Below, piece by piece: positions 25,719 to 38,559 of a stretch of DNA of 64,000 nucleotides; positions within the stretch are counted from its first letter, which is position 1, and the number at the start of each line of letters is the position of its first letter. Source of the stretch: Chrysomallon squamiferum (taxonomy: Eukaryota; Animalia; Mollusca); the NCBI GenBank assembly GCA_012295275.1, contig CM022672.1, positions 11,036,001-11,100,000 of the forward strand. The letters run 5' to 3'. The notes beneath the pieces are model-generated. The model was given only the letters and a program-made list of their open reading frames with translations. It did no database searches and was not told where the DNA came from. A program made the position numbers and the translations under genes.

Positions 25719-28023
25719 TTATTTCATTTTGAAAGCATCTTTCATTACAGTATCTGTAATTGCACACAAACTTATTAACATTTCTTCAGAATGCTCACGG
25801 TTCAAGAAATAGCATCTGAGTTTTGCACATGCTTCCAAAGCCTGTTCAATAGAACACTGTATTGATTCAGTAGTCTTGGCACTGTCATCGTCATCATCAT
25901 AGTCATTGTCATCATCGTCTTCATCATCATCATCATCATCTTTTGTTGTCTGGGCCATTTTTATTTCACTTACAATATCTTCGTCCGTTATTTCTGGGCA
26001 GACTGGAATATCGTTGTCCAGACTGATATAGTCTTGCACAGTATCTTGTGTCAATCCAAGACAAATCAGCCTGGATAAAGGAATGTCAAAGTCATATTCT
26101 TCAAGCTTAATGTTTGGAATGTGAAATCCAGTATGGTGAAAGCAGCTCTTTATTGTGGTTGCCTTCACATTAGCCCAAGCCTCACACAGTAATTTCAATG
26201 CATCTAACATAGTTAGGGATAACTCCTTTTTTGCTTCAAATGCCAAAATATTACGTAGGATTACTTGCTTTCTGTAGTAGACCTTTAAATTCTGAATGAT
26301 TCCCCTATCCATTGGTTGGGTACTGTTAAGTGGCATAAACACCAGTTCAACAGCATCTAGACCAGTTATCCTGTGATGGGCAGGACAGTTATCAACTACA
26401 AGGACTATTTTTCTTCATCATCATCATCATCATCTTTTGTTGTCTGGGCCATTTTTATTTCACTTACAATATCTTCGTCCGTTATTTCTGGGCAGACTGG
26501 AATATCGTTGTCCAGACTGATATAGTCTTGCACAGTATCTTGTGTCAATCCAAGACAAATCAGCCTGGATAAAGGAATGTCAAAGTCATATTCTTCAAGC
26601 TTAATGTTTGGAATGTGAAATCCAGTATGGTGAAAGCAGCTCTTTATTGTGGTTACAATATCTTCAGACTGATATAGTCTTGCACAGTATCTTGTGTCAA
26701 TCCAAGACAAATCAGCCTGGATAAAGGAATGTCAAAGTCATATTCTTCAAGCTTAATGTTTGGAATGTGAAATCCAGTATGGTGAAAGCAGCTCTTTATT
26801 GTGGTTGCCTTCACATTAGCCCAAGCCTCACACAGTAATTTCAATGCATCTAACATAGTTAGGGATAACTCCTTTTTTGCTTCAAATGCCAAAATATTAC
26901 GTAGGATTACTTGCTTTCTGTAGTAGACCTTTAAATTCTGAATGATTCCCCTATCCATTGGTTGGGTACTGTTAAGTGGCATAAACACCAGTTCAACAGC
27001 ATCTAGACCAGTTATCCTGTGATGGGCAGGACAGTTATCAACTACAAGGACTATTTTTCTTTTTTTGTCAGTCATTTGCTTGTCAATATTTTTCACCCAC
27101 TTTGTGAAAATATCTGATGTCATCCAAGCATTTCTGCTTGCTAGGTACTGGGTGGGCAGTTTTTTATGTGTTTTTAAAACAACGTGGCTTTTCAAACTTC
27201 CCTATAAAGGTAGTTTGTCAGTGCCTGACATATTGGCAGTCACAAGGACAGTTAGTCTTTCTTTGCTTTTTTCTCCTTCATGACAATCAACACCTCTAAA
27301 CTGTAACATTTTATCAGGAAGGAGTCAATAAAATATTCCCATTTCATCTGCATTGTAGATGTTATCTGCATCATATTTACAAAGAATCTGTTGTATTCGC
27401 TTATGCCATTCAAGCATTTCAGTGGGCTGTGCATCAGCTGCCTTTTTTTCACTACAAACCTTTCTAAATGTTATTCCATTTCTTTCCTTAAATTTGTCCA
27501 ACCACCCAGAGGAAGCCTTAAAATTTACATCATCAAACATCCTGGCAAATTCCTCTGCTTTTGAAAGTAATATTTGACCAGATATTGGTAGATTTCTATC
27601 CCTAGCATTTTTCATCCATTTCAAAGTTGCAGCCTCTATATTTTGAAACATTCCTGATCTCATGTTTTTACGTTTTGGACCAAATTTTAAATAACCTTCT
27701 TGAATCAATTCTTTATTTTTAATCCATGTTGATAAAGTACTTGGAGGGATACTTTTTTCCTTTGCAATTTGTTTTTTAGTTTTTATGCCTGCCTCCATTT
27801 CCTTCAACACTTTGAATTTTGTTTCAATATTTTTTGTTTTCAACTTTCTTTTTCCACCTCTGCTGTCTGTCTCCAAACCAGCTATCCCTTCATTGTTGGG
27901 TTCTTCACCACATTCATTGGATAACATGAAATCAGAATTGTTATTGATAATTAATCTGGCTATCCCCCCATTATAGGGTCCTTTACCAGATTCCTTGGTC
28001 TTCAACAGATATGTTTCTGACAT
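25719..28023 (-). pseudogene. pogo/Tigger (TIGD4/6-like) DDE transposase pseudogene, same orientation as host gene
   Basis: psq-type and CENP-B HTH region (IPPSTLSTWIKNK, FKASSGWLDKFKERNGI), DDE_1 motifs (NIYNADE, KERLTVLV, NAWMT, VDNCPAH, QPMDRGII) and an acidic tail. Disrupted by TGA at 27327-27325, paired frameshifts around 27170-27210 (IGKFEKPRCFKN lies in another frame) and a 646 bp internal duplication. TIRs not resolvable. Confidence 0.93.
25918..27061. repeat. Complex internal duplication/triplication within the transposase
   Basis: 26412-26654 = 25918-26160, 26653-26665 = 25970-25982, and 26665-27061 = 26019-26415. Copies look identical by eye. Confidence 0.93.
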
Positions 28024-28418
28024 AATGTAATGACTAGTAGTATGTAAACATTAAACAACATTTAAATAGCAAACAGCATAATTGACATGATGTACTCATT
28101 TGAAATCAAAAACTAATTGCAATCAGTGAACTTTTTCTGTTAACTAACAACAATTCTTTGAAGACTGTGAGCAATTATGCATTAGGTAAAAAGCCTCTAC
28201 AGATAACAAAGGTAAGCTTTTTTCATCCTCTTAATCAATGGCCCACTGTTCCGTAATTCCAGCGCTTCGAGTTTTCAGAGGCTAATTTCTGTTAAATCAA
28301 TAGTGTGGGGATGCAAAAAGGCTTTGAGAAAGTTTTGAAGGTTATTATATGTAGCTTATTTAATATATAAATATAAATCTAAATATATATATATATATAT
28401 ATATATCAGAATTCTCGG

Positions 28419-29039
28419 ACAGTGGTAACGTAATCGCCCTTTCGTACTACACTTCGCGTTACTTTTAACCCAAAGCGAATTCCTAATCTGACTTCTCTTT
28501 TGCAAATATCATTTGGAAGTATCTGTAAATTTTGCCGCCATATTGTTCGAAGATCACGTGACCGTGTTTGCAATCTGCTAGCGGATTTCGATTATATTAT
28601 TAACAAATCACTAAGGAAAAACAAATATTTTTATTGCTATTCTGTTATGCGGTCGAAAAACTAGCTTATGCTAAACTTCACCTAACTTTTAACCCATGGC
28701 GATTTTTTTAAGTCGCCTTCTTCTTTCAAAATATCACTAGGCAGTGTCATAACATTTTGCCGCCATTTTGTCCAGCGATCACATGACCAGGCTTAAGCAG
28801 TCGATAAATAAATTATAGACAAAAATAACATGTCAAAAATAATTCTGCCGACTTTTCCAGTTGCGTCGCTTATAGTCTTTCTTTGTTTCTCTACGAGCCT
28901 CACTGGAATTTTTTATTGTCAGTAAACACAAACCTACTTCTGACGTAATTCAGTTAACTGACAGAGACTTTATGTCAACGACCGAGTTCTACTAATAATA
29001 ACTAAGAGATCACAAAAAGGAGATCATGTGACCAACTGT
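28419..29039 (-). promoter_or_regulatory. CpG-rich cassette with two diverged ~103 bp units, each with a YY1-type motif plus an E-box (internal promoter or small DNA element)
   Basis: Units at 28461-28563 and 28685-28788 both start ACTTTTAACCC and end TTTTGCCGCCATWTTG...GATCACRTGACC. A third GATCATGTGACC lies at 29022-29033. Confidence 0.5.
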
Positions 29040-29902
29040 ACGTTTAGTTGTATGAATAGCTGCAAGCATACTGTTGTTATTAAATGCATTGTTTTACTGT
29101 TGCATTTGTGAGACTGATACTTACCATAACAAACACACACCCTCTCATGCACATTTCTTGAAAAATATAAAACAGAACATGATCTTACAAATGCTAACAT
29201 AATAATATGGTCATGAGCAATACAAATTACACATATATTTCAATACTGGATAAAGAAAATTGGAAAACGTTTGAAGAAAGTTAATTTCACTTTCTACTGA
29301 ATTTATATAGACATATTTCTGAAAAGAAATTAAAATAATTTCAAAATTTTAGAATTTTCTTTATTGAATTATAATGTGATATAACTTCTTTTATTCTTTT
29401 GTGCACAACAATGATGAAGTATTTTCAGTTCTGTATCCCATTTTCAATTAAGCATTTTTTTTTTTTTTTTTTTTTTGTTAGGCTTGGTCTTGGAACATTT
29501 ACAAATGCCATAAAAAAGATAATGCTAATCCTTATGTAAAGTAATTAAAAATAAATATGTAGACTTCTCTTTCAATTAAATGCAAGCATACTGTTGTTGT
29601 TGTTATTAAATGAACAATGGAATTCATTACTAAATCAAAAATAATTACAAGGAATTTTTAATCTCTTCACCATCTAGCTGAGAACTGGCATCTGACGGTA
29701 TAACTAGATAGTATCATACTGGCTTGGTGTAAATGTGATATGATACATCAGAGATTCTAACTGCCAGAGCTGTCAAAACTCAAAACCACTGTAACAGTCA
29801 CTACAAATGGAAAAGTGATTAAAATAAAGGTGTAGGCTTTTGTTTCAAATGCAGACTTGTAGAATAATGGAATTTATTCATGGCAGAAAAGTAATTAAAG
29901 TA

Positions 29903-30190
29903 AGAAAGGAAGTGTTTTATTTACTAATGACCTCAAAATAATTTATTTACTGTTAATTGTTCTGGCACCAAGATAATGACAGAAAACAAAAATCTGTTAT
30001 CAATTCACAGGCTTTTGATTAGCAGTAATGGACTTTTTATGTGCACCATCCCACAAATGGCATAGTAACAATACAGTCTTTGTTGCACCATTCTGGAGCA
30101 TTGGCTGCAATAAGAAATAGTCTGAAGTTCCGTCAAGAGGGATTGATCCAACAGTCCACACCATCATAAGTGGATTCTCTGGTACAGACC
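29903..30190 (-). mobile_element. Degenerate tRNA-derived SINE (molluscan Meta/MESC-like core), near full length
   Basis: GATTAGCAGTAATGGACTTTTTATGTGCACCATCCCACA ... GGAGCATTGGCTGCAATAAGAAATAG ... GGGATTGATCC resembles from recall a gastropod SINE consensus, and related copies occur elsewhere in the window. Family name not verified. Confidence 0.65.
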
Positions 30191-32030
30191 AACAATCTAT
30201 TCCTACGGCAACAAAGTAAAGAACTGCTGTGAGATAAGGCTATGTTTTATTTACATTTTGCTATTTCCTGGTTTATGTACTTCACACTGGGTCACTGATT
30301 ATATTCATAAACGTACTAATGATCAATTAATAGTGATTTATGTTTGCCAAAGATTCAAGACAACACAGTCGTATATCATATTCTTGCCCTGAAGCTGGTT
30401 AATGATCAGGATGTATTTACGACATAGTTACATACACATGTATATAAATCATTACTTAATAAGTAGGTCAAAATTTACAACAACAAAAACAACACACACT
30501 TTATATATTATAAAATTAAATGTTTTACAACAGTGTAGAGTACTAAGCTGCATTATAAACAACTATAATTATTTAAAATATTTTAAGTAAAAAAAAAAAA
30601 AAAAGTAATAATAATAATAAAACTTTTAAATATAAATAAATAAAACATTAATGATTTATATATACAAAACATAAAAATATTTTTATATATCACATACAGA
30701 TTACTTGGTATCTCAGTTTCATGACAATAATTTCACATTCTAATTAATCATGTGTATAGGAACCAGTGTGTAAAACAGAAACCTGAAAACCAAACCACTA
30801 AGGATATCTTCAATAAACATGTTAATAATTAAAGAAGCAATTTAAATTAAACCATGGAAGTAATTAACAAAATTCCTTGGAGATTTTTGGTGGCAAATTT
30901 TAAATTTCTTTTATTTAAACTTCACGTTCAAGGATCAAGTGGTTTTAGAGGGTGAAAAAAGAATAATGTATATGATCTAAATTGATATAAATTACTCCCA
31001 CTAAAATATTTAATAGCAGTATGGAGAGATTTCTGTGTAAATGTTAGAAATTAAGCCAAGCTCCTAGGAATCAGCAGGCGGAAAAGTCAAACATAATTGT
31101 ACACATTAGGGATAATATTGTTGTGTGGGTGTGTGTAAGGTAGAGATCAACTTGAAATGTATTACAGTGTGTATATTTGTGTCTGTGTGCACAAATAAAA
31201 GGTAATGAAAATAGGAAAATATGTTGTGTGAGCTTTTGTGAAATGTTTTAAGGTACAAATGAACCTGAGAAATGTTACACTGTGTGTGTGTGTGTGTGTG
31301 TGTGTGTGGACGGACATGGGAAAGAAAGGATGAAAATATTTGTCAAATTTGTTAAGGTACAGTTTAAAATACTTTAGTATTTTAATGTGCAATATATGTA
31401 TATGATTGTATATTATTATGTTATTTTCTGAAATCTTTCTGTTCAGATACAAAATCTGTATTAAGCTGGGGTATTTGTAGATAATCTTTGAAGCTATTTG
31501 GTAATTGAAAACACATATTTAAATTAAATCAAAATAATGCCATTCAAATTTATATGTAATTTAAAACACAAATAGATTCACAATTTAAAATGTTTCCTCT
31601 CAAGTAATTTAACAATCTAAGACATGCTATGATCACAAGGTAAGCTTTATAGTCATATGACTGACCAAAGGTTGACAAGTCGTTAACCGGTGTGAAGATC
31701 AAAGTTCATAATTTATAATGTGACATTAGGCTGAGTTTAGTCTCTTGACTTCTGATAGCAATATATTTTTGATAATTTATAGCTGTCAGAGTAGATACAA
31801 ATTTAAATCTATTAAATTTAAGTGTTAATTAGAATCTGAAATCAAAACTGCTTAATGAAAATAAATAAAATACACATTAGTAAATTAAATTTTAAAAAGT
31901 TTTGAAACCTTTGTGGTTTTTTTAATAACTTATTTTTAAATATAATATTTATTATTATTATTATTATTATTATGATTATGATTATTATTAAAAATGTCTC
32001 ACAGTTATTCTAAGACAAAGATTTTACTGC

Positions 32031-32131
32031 TATTTCTTGAAAATATTTCATTGTAAATCTGAACATTGATAATTTAAACTGTCGGCAAAATATGTCTGAT
32101 TTCATGACATTTCTGAAATTCAAATATTTAC
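32031..32131 (+). repeat. Dispersed repeat fragment, copy 2
   Basis: Collinear similarity to 25280-25388. Confidence 0.75.
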
Positions 32132-34939
32132 ATACATGGGAACAATTTCTCAACAGATAAAAAATTATGCACTTAGTGTAATATTCAGGAAACAATTCAT
32201 ATTTTGTATGAATTCAAAGCTTAACAATTTGGAAAACAAAAACCAACTACCCCATATTCAACATGGACAAATGCTTATCATTCAAGAAAGGTATCATCTG
32301 CTACAATTTTGAAAAACTTACAACCTGTCAAAAGAACACATTTAAGTATACAAATGCCTAAAAATTCAGGTAATGTTTCAAAACTTCTATATACATAATA
32401 AACTGGAAATGGTCTTTAAAAAATATATTTAACAGAAACGCTTAACTTTCAAGAAACTCTTCATGCTATCTAGAAACAAGAAACTCAAAACATTCTGCTA
32501 AGGATTATTTTAACACAGACTTATTATCTAAAAGTTCAGCATGGTCCTGGACTGCAGCAATGTGGACACAGAGGAAACGGCTAACACACAAAACAATATA
32601 GGTACACTCAATAATTAAGATGTGTCAGGCAATGGTTCAGGACCGAACAATCTCTGATGGATTCCACATTGGCACTGTAATTCAATTTGAGTGTTTTATT
32701 ATTCAATGACTGTACATGATCGGTGTTGCTGCCAGCAGTATGGTGACAGCATCTAACTGAGACAATCAATAGAAAGGATGCTCTGAAGTACCATTCCAAT
32801 TCTCCAGAAACTCAAAGTGGAAGTCACAAGTGTTAAATTTAACAGTATACTTGCATATTTGCATTAAGAAGTAGACGTTACATCATGGAAACTGGCAGTT
32901 TTGTTGGCTGTAAATAAGCCTGAAGGTTGAAAAGGTGATGCTGATGCCGTGACATGCCGCAGTGAAGCTGCATGATGCCACTGTTCTTTATTAGTGAAAA
33001 GTTCATTCAATCACCCAGTCACTTAACTCCAAAATCTCATTTGACAGCACTAAAATGACGTGCTATATGCTTTGAAGAACAAGTCATGTGTATCAAAAAT
33101 ATTTCCCACTCCAACTTGTTTTTGTTTTTTTTGACAACAGTTATCAAAGATTGCAATGTTGTGATATATACTTAAATTACTTTTTGAAAAGGTTTGCACA
33201 TAGTATGCTCTTATTAAGTAGAACAAAACAACTGATACATTTATCTGCCTGTTATTTTCCTGTTTAAAAAGATGTTTACTATTATCATTTAAGCTCTTCT
33301 TACACTTTCATTTTAATTTAAAAAAATTTTAAAAACATTTTTTCATTTATATTCCATTAGATTTAAAAAAAATAATAATATATTAGTCACCAGATGAGTG
33401 CTGAACTTTATCTCTATTTTCATTTGATCATTAAATGTATAAAACTTTATGCTTATTTCTGTTTCATGCTGTTTTATTGTCTTTAAAATAATTGTTTGTC
33501 ATAATAATCTTGAACCAAATGTGTCAGTCTGATATGTGCTATTTTAAAGAGCAAACAAAGGAATAAAATACTTATCAATGGTGCCAAAAAAAACAACAAA
33601 AAAAAGTAATAATAAGAAGAAATAAATAAATAAATAAAACATAATAAAAATAAAATAAAAATAATAAAAACAAATATTATTAGTGTTTATTTAGAGAAAA
33701 AGATAATAATAAAGATAAAAGTAAAATTATATTCTAACAATAAAAGTTAAAAATAACAACAATAAGTATGTAAATAAATAAATAAGCTATTTATTTTTAA
33801 TAATTATTATTACTATAATATGTTTATTAATTCTTATTGACTACTAAATATCAAACCACATCTGATTGGAAACCAATAATCAGCTAAATTATACAAGCAT
33901 GGAAATTACACAAGGCAAACAATGTCACCAAGGACTGTAATTAACTTAATATAATTTGACAATGTATGGCTTCTAAATGTTCCGCTTGCATGAAGCCATG
34001 TGTTGGATTTCTACTGATGCTGGTAATTTCCAAGCAATGGCTTCCAAGCAGAAATATTAAAGTGCACATTTCAGATGATGCTTTTTAATGAAAATGTTCC
34101 AAAATTGATTTATCAGGAAGCAGAAGAACAAAAACATTAAGAAAAAAAAAAAAATTAATGAACCCTTCCTTTAAGGATGATGTATTTTCAGGCAGTCCAT
34201 CTATCTTAAAAATTATATCCTTTTCAATGCAAAAAAAAAAAAAAAACCCATCTTTTTTAAATGGCTTCAGTGGTTTAATTTGTTTTCATTGTGTGCTTGT
34301 GATCTCTTACTATGAATAAAACCTTTCTCATGAAACCAAAAGGAAATAAATAAATAATAACTATATATATATATATATATATATTTAATGATCTTTTTAA
34401 TGCTGAGAACATGTTTTTTATTTCTTGTGCTTAAGTATGTTTTATTATCAATAAAAAGCTTTCAAATTTAAGAAAAAAAAAAAATTTAATGATATTTTTA
34501 ATATTAAAAACATTATGATTTTAGTTTATGCATATGTTGTTTGTATTATGGCAAAGATTCCTTCTGAATTTTTGCAAATAGTAATACAAAACTATTTTGA
34601 TGATAACCTTTTGTTATTTAACAAGGATAAGAAATGAATTTTGGACTTAATATTATAGTCTAAAGAGATTACTCATCTATTAAATGATAATTTAGTCAAA
34701 TTAGTTGTTTTTTCTTCTACTTATAAATCCATGTTTAATTTAAAAAATAAAAATAAATAATTGAAAAAAAGAAAGAAAAACTTTGACAAAGTCTTTTAAA
34801 CATAGCCTCGTTATTTATAATTAAAACTAGATATCTATTTTCATAAATATTTTATGAATATCAGCTTTTCTTTTAGTAAATAAATTAATAGTTACACAAT
34901 ATTAAATTTTTATTTTTGTGCCGTGACATCGTCAGTAGA

Positions 34940-35135
34940 GGAATTTTTACCTATTAGCAGAAAGGAAGCTTTTATAGTATTCTTTCCATATACATCAATG
35001 TCTTTACCATGATCTTTTATAAATCAGTTTTGGAGCAGAAAAAGAAATAATTTTTTGATAAGACTGACAAGAATTGATCCTCTGAGATCTAGCAGGCCTC
35101 AGGCCTTCACTCTATGAATGAACTAGATCCAGTTT
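34940..35135 (-). mobile_element. Degenerate SINE copy
   Basis: ATTAGCAGAAAGGAAGCTTTTATA...CAGTTTTGGAGCA...GAATTGATCC is collinear with the 30.0-30.2 kb copy. Confidence 0.5.
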
Positions 35136-36290
35136 CTCCTAAAGCTATTCATTTCTTTATCATTTACATAACTGTATCCTATTACATCATATTAATAATA
35201 ACTATGCTAACTGGGTAAAGGTCAAAGTACTAATATTGACCTTTGATTCACTCTGCAATGAAACTAAAAACCCTTATCCTTAATTTTATTTTTTAACAGC
35301 TGGAGTCCCATAACCCAATGAGTGGTCGTTTAATGCAGGTTTCAAAGTACAACACATTTTCAATTGATTTTTCCTTTTTTACTGACAAAGATATATTTTC
35401 ACTAGCTTCAGAAGAATGTCTGTCTGTGTGTAAAATCAAACTGCTTATGTCACTGTACACCCAATAATTTAAATACATTTCCTTTTTGGTTGATTGTTCC
35501 TCTTTTTAGAAAGACCAGAATGAGGAAAAATTATTTTTATTTTTTAAATATGTAGAAACAGTCTTTCTTTATCACACACACACACACACACACACACACC
35601 TGTATTTACATATCAATATGTAAAAATAAAAAATAAAAAATGAAAGCCATTTTATTCAATAAAAAACAACACCAAATTGTTTTTTAAAAATACAACCATC
35701 ACAAACTCTAGACTATGTCCTCAAAAATATATATCTGAACAATAAATGAACAAAATAAAAATAAATAAATAAATAAATTATAATAATAATTAAACAAAAA
35801 GAAATTTGAAAATGCATAACATGTATATTCAGTCGATCCCAATCAGGACAGCATTTATAAGTAATGAAATATTTAACCGACATTCACTAAGAGATGATTT
35901 TCATGAAAAATGTCAGTACAGATTTTCCTACAAGACTCTCTAAGTAATTAATAATAAATGTCACATTTTTCTGGAAGCTATATACATGTAGAACAAAAGA
36001 AATGCTGCTGTGTCATCTTACGTTGTCAGCTGTAAATAATTTTCAGTGCTTTTTTTTAAAAATATACATTTTTAAAATAACATTTATGCTCTTGTAGATA
36101 AGTGATGCGTGTTATATGAATTTAAAATTAAATGTTTGATGCATTTTCACATTGTTTTATTTATTTTCTAAATTTTATTTTTTTATTCATTTTCTGATTT
36201 TTGGTGAATGTATAAAATAAATATGAATTATTTTTGTGCTTATTACAAGAAAAAAAAAAAAAATAATAATAATAATAATAAAATTAAAAA

Positions 36291-36329
<39 letters not shown>

Positions 36330-37038
36330 AAATGCTCTTCATGAAAAAAAAAAAGAATATAATTTCAGACATTACATTTTTCTAGAAAACATCTATTCCA
36401 TGTTCACAGAAATTTTCTATTTTGGACCATGTCCAAAGATTCTATGAGGACTCTCTGACATCTGCTCATACAACTTCTGCTGTTATGGCTACCATTACAT
36501 ACTTATCAACCAGCGATAATTGGTCACTTCCCAAAAGACCTGAACAAAAATGAATTTACTATCTGAAAATTCTGTATGCATCTCCATAAAAATCTCTTCG
36601 TTAGTTTGGCTATTTAAAATGAAGTTCAAATAAGTTATAGAGTTATATGAATAAAAATGGCAAGGCTTCAATTCATTATTGTTATGGTTAAACTATTCTG
36701 AATTTGCAATTGTTTATGATAAGGATATTCATCTAGGAAAGAATAAGAAATGAGAAAAGAATGAGTATCTTGATAGTAACAAAGAACTATACCCATACCC
36801 ATACACGGTAGAAGTTTAAACTTTACAAGAGATAGCATCCTCACTATATCAGACAAAATGTTCAAAATAAAATGCTTCTTTGCAAAGAAAAGAACAAAAA
36901 TATATCATTTTGTAAAAAGTAATTACAAGTATGCCCCAAAGTTCAATGGATTCCCCACTTCTTACTCACACACACATACACACACATATTAAATACAGAA
37001 AACAATATACAAACATGAATATACATCAAGAACCACAG

Positions 37039-37071
<33 letters not shown>

Positions 37072-38458
37072 ATTAATACATAATCCATACACACCCACAC
37101 ACTGATATAAATAATGCATACTAAATAAACATAAATAAAATAAAGGTATCTCTGTTCTCTGAGGTGTGTTTTTAAAAGTAAACTAAGATGAGAAAACACA
37201 AATGGCGTAACAGGTTGACATGTAAACTGTATCCTGTGTGTGCAGTGAACAGAGAATATTTGCATGTAAATCCATCAATACAGTTGCACTTATGATGAAA
37301 AAAAGCTTGGGTCGTTATTATTATCATTCCTTTTTTTAAATAATAGAACAATGTAAATTAAAATCTGTGTATTAAAATAAGGCTTATTTTCTGCTTCTCT
37401 TTCATTATTTAAAGTATTTTATTAATAATTATTATTACCAAAAAACAATGAATCCTAGAAATGTTTTTTTTTTTTTTTTTTTTTTTTTTTAACTAATAAG
37501 ACTTATTAAACAATTATTTTCATTCCATTTTTAATACATCTAAAAAAGAGTATTTTTATTATATTAATTTTTTTAATAATTTATTATTACTGTTGTTGCA
37601 ATTTATCTTCCTTCTTTCAGTCAGTTTATGGACTACATGTCAAGGCCAACAGTGACAAGAAATAAATAACAAAAGAAAAAGAAAACAAACAGAAATGAAT
37701 ATACACAAAATTTTTTTAAATAATAAAACATAAATTCATATTGATCAAAGTACTTGAATAACCCTTGATAGCTTCCAGGAAGAGAACTTTACATGGATAA
37801 CATCAGTTATTCCCAAGTGATGTTATATGTGCATGTATATTTTTACATGTTCAAAGGAATTTTGCTAACACAATTGTGTATTGATAAACTTCAAACAACA
37901 CACAAGCTTTGTTCTCCCATCCTCAAACAATGTTAGCTTTTTTTCCAAGCTAATACTGTATTAAATAAATGTAAAAATATTTACTTGCACTTTAAAATAA
38001 CACTTGCATTTGTACAGGCATAGGGACATGTACACCCAAGCAATAACATGAAGAAAAAATTTAACCATCTTTTTTTTTTTTTTTTTAAATGTTTCAAAAG
38101 TAATGGCAGATTCAGCCAGTTAAATCTGAAATCACAAACTAAACACATTTATATTATATGATTATGTGGTATTTTTAGTTTGAGTTATTTGTGTATATGT
38201 ATGTGTTTATGAGTATCTTTGTGTTTATCTCTAATTAGATTCAAATTAAAAAAAATAATAAAAAAATAAAAATAAAAATATTCAAAGATGCTGATCTGAA
38301 CATATCTTCATAATTTCTATTATTATGCACTGTATATAACATTTCTAAAATTACATTTTAAATTTATTTTCACACACACACACACACACACACAGTTTCA
38401 ACTTTTTATTTTAGAAAAAAAGCATAGTCTGCTTGAAATATACTGTAACAACCATTAC

Positions 38459-38494
<36 letters not shown>

Positions 38495-38559
38495 AATTAT
38501 TTATATACATACACAATTAAAAGCATAAAAGCAGGGAGTGTACAAGTTCCACCATGAAG

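Noticed and set aside
26405-26710. Separate 101-aa gene (and the other two similar ORFs) as paralogues
   Set aside because: These are products of the internal duplication of one transposase, not independent genes.
25719-28023. Intact domesticated TIGD gene or active transposon
   Set aside because: In-frame stop, paired frameshifts, an apparent small deletion before QPMD, an internal duplication and no resolvable TIRs.
28000-28036. In-frame MARCHF5-transposase fusion (CSB-PGBD3-style exon trap) using the acceptor before the transposase ATG
   Set aside because: Exon 4 ends in phase 1. Splicing to 28033 reads VITLCQKHIC-stop, out of frame with the transposase.
35217-35244. Nuclear-receptor inverted repeat AGGTCA-n12-TGACCT
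   Set aside because: Atypical spacing and isolated; indistinguishable from a chance 9-bp inverted repeat.
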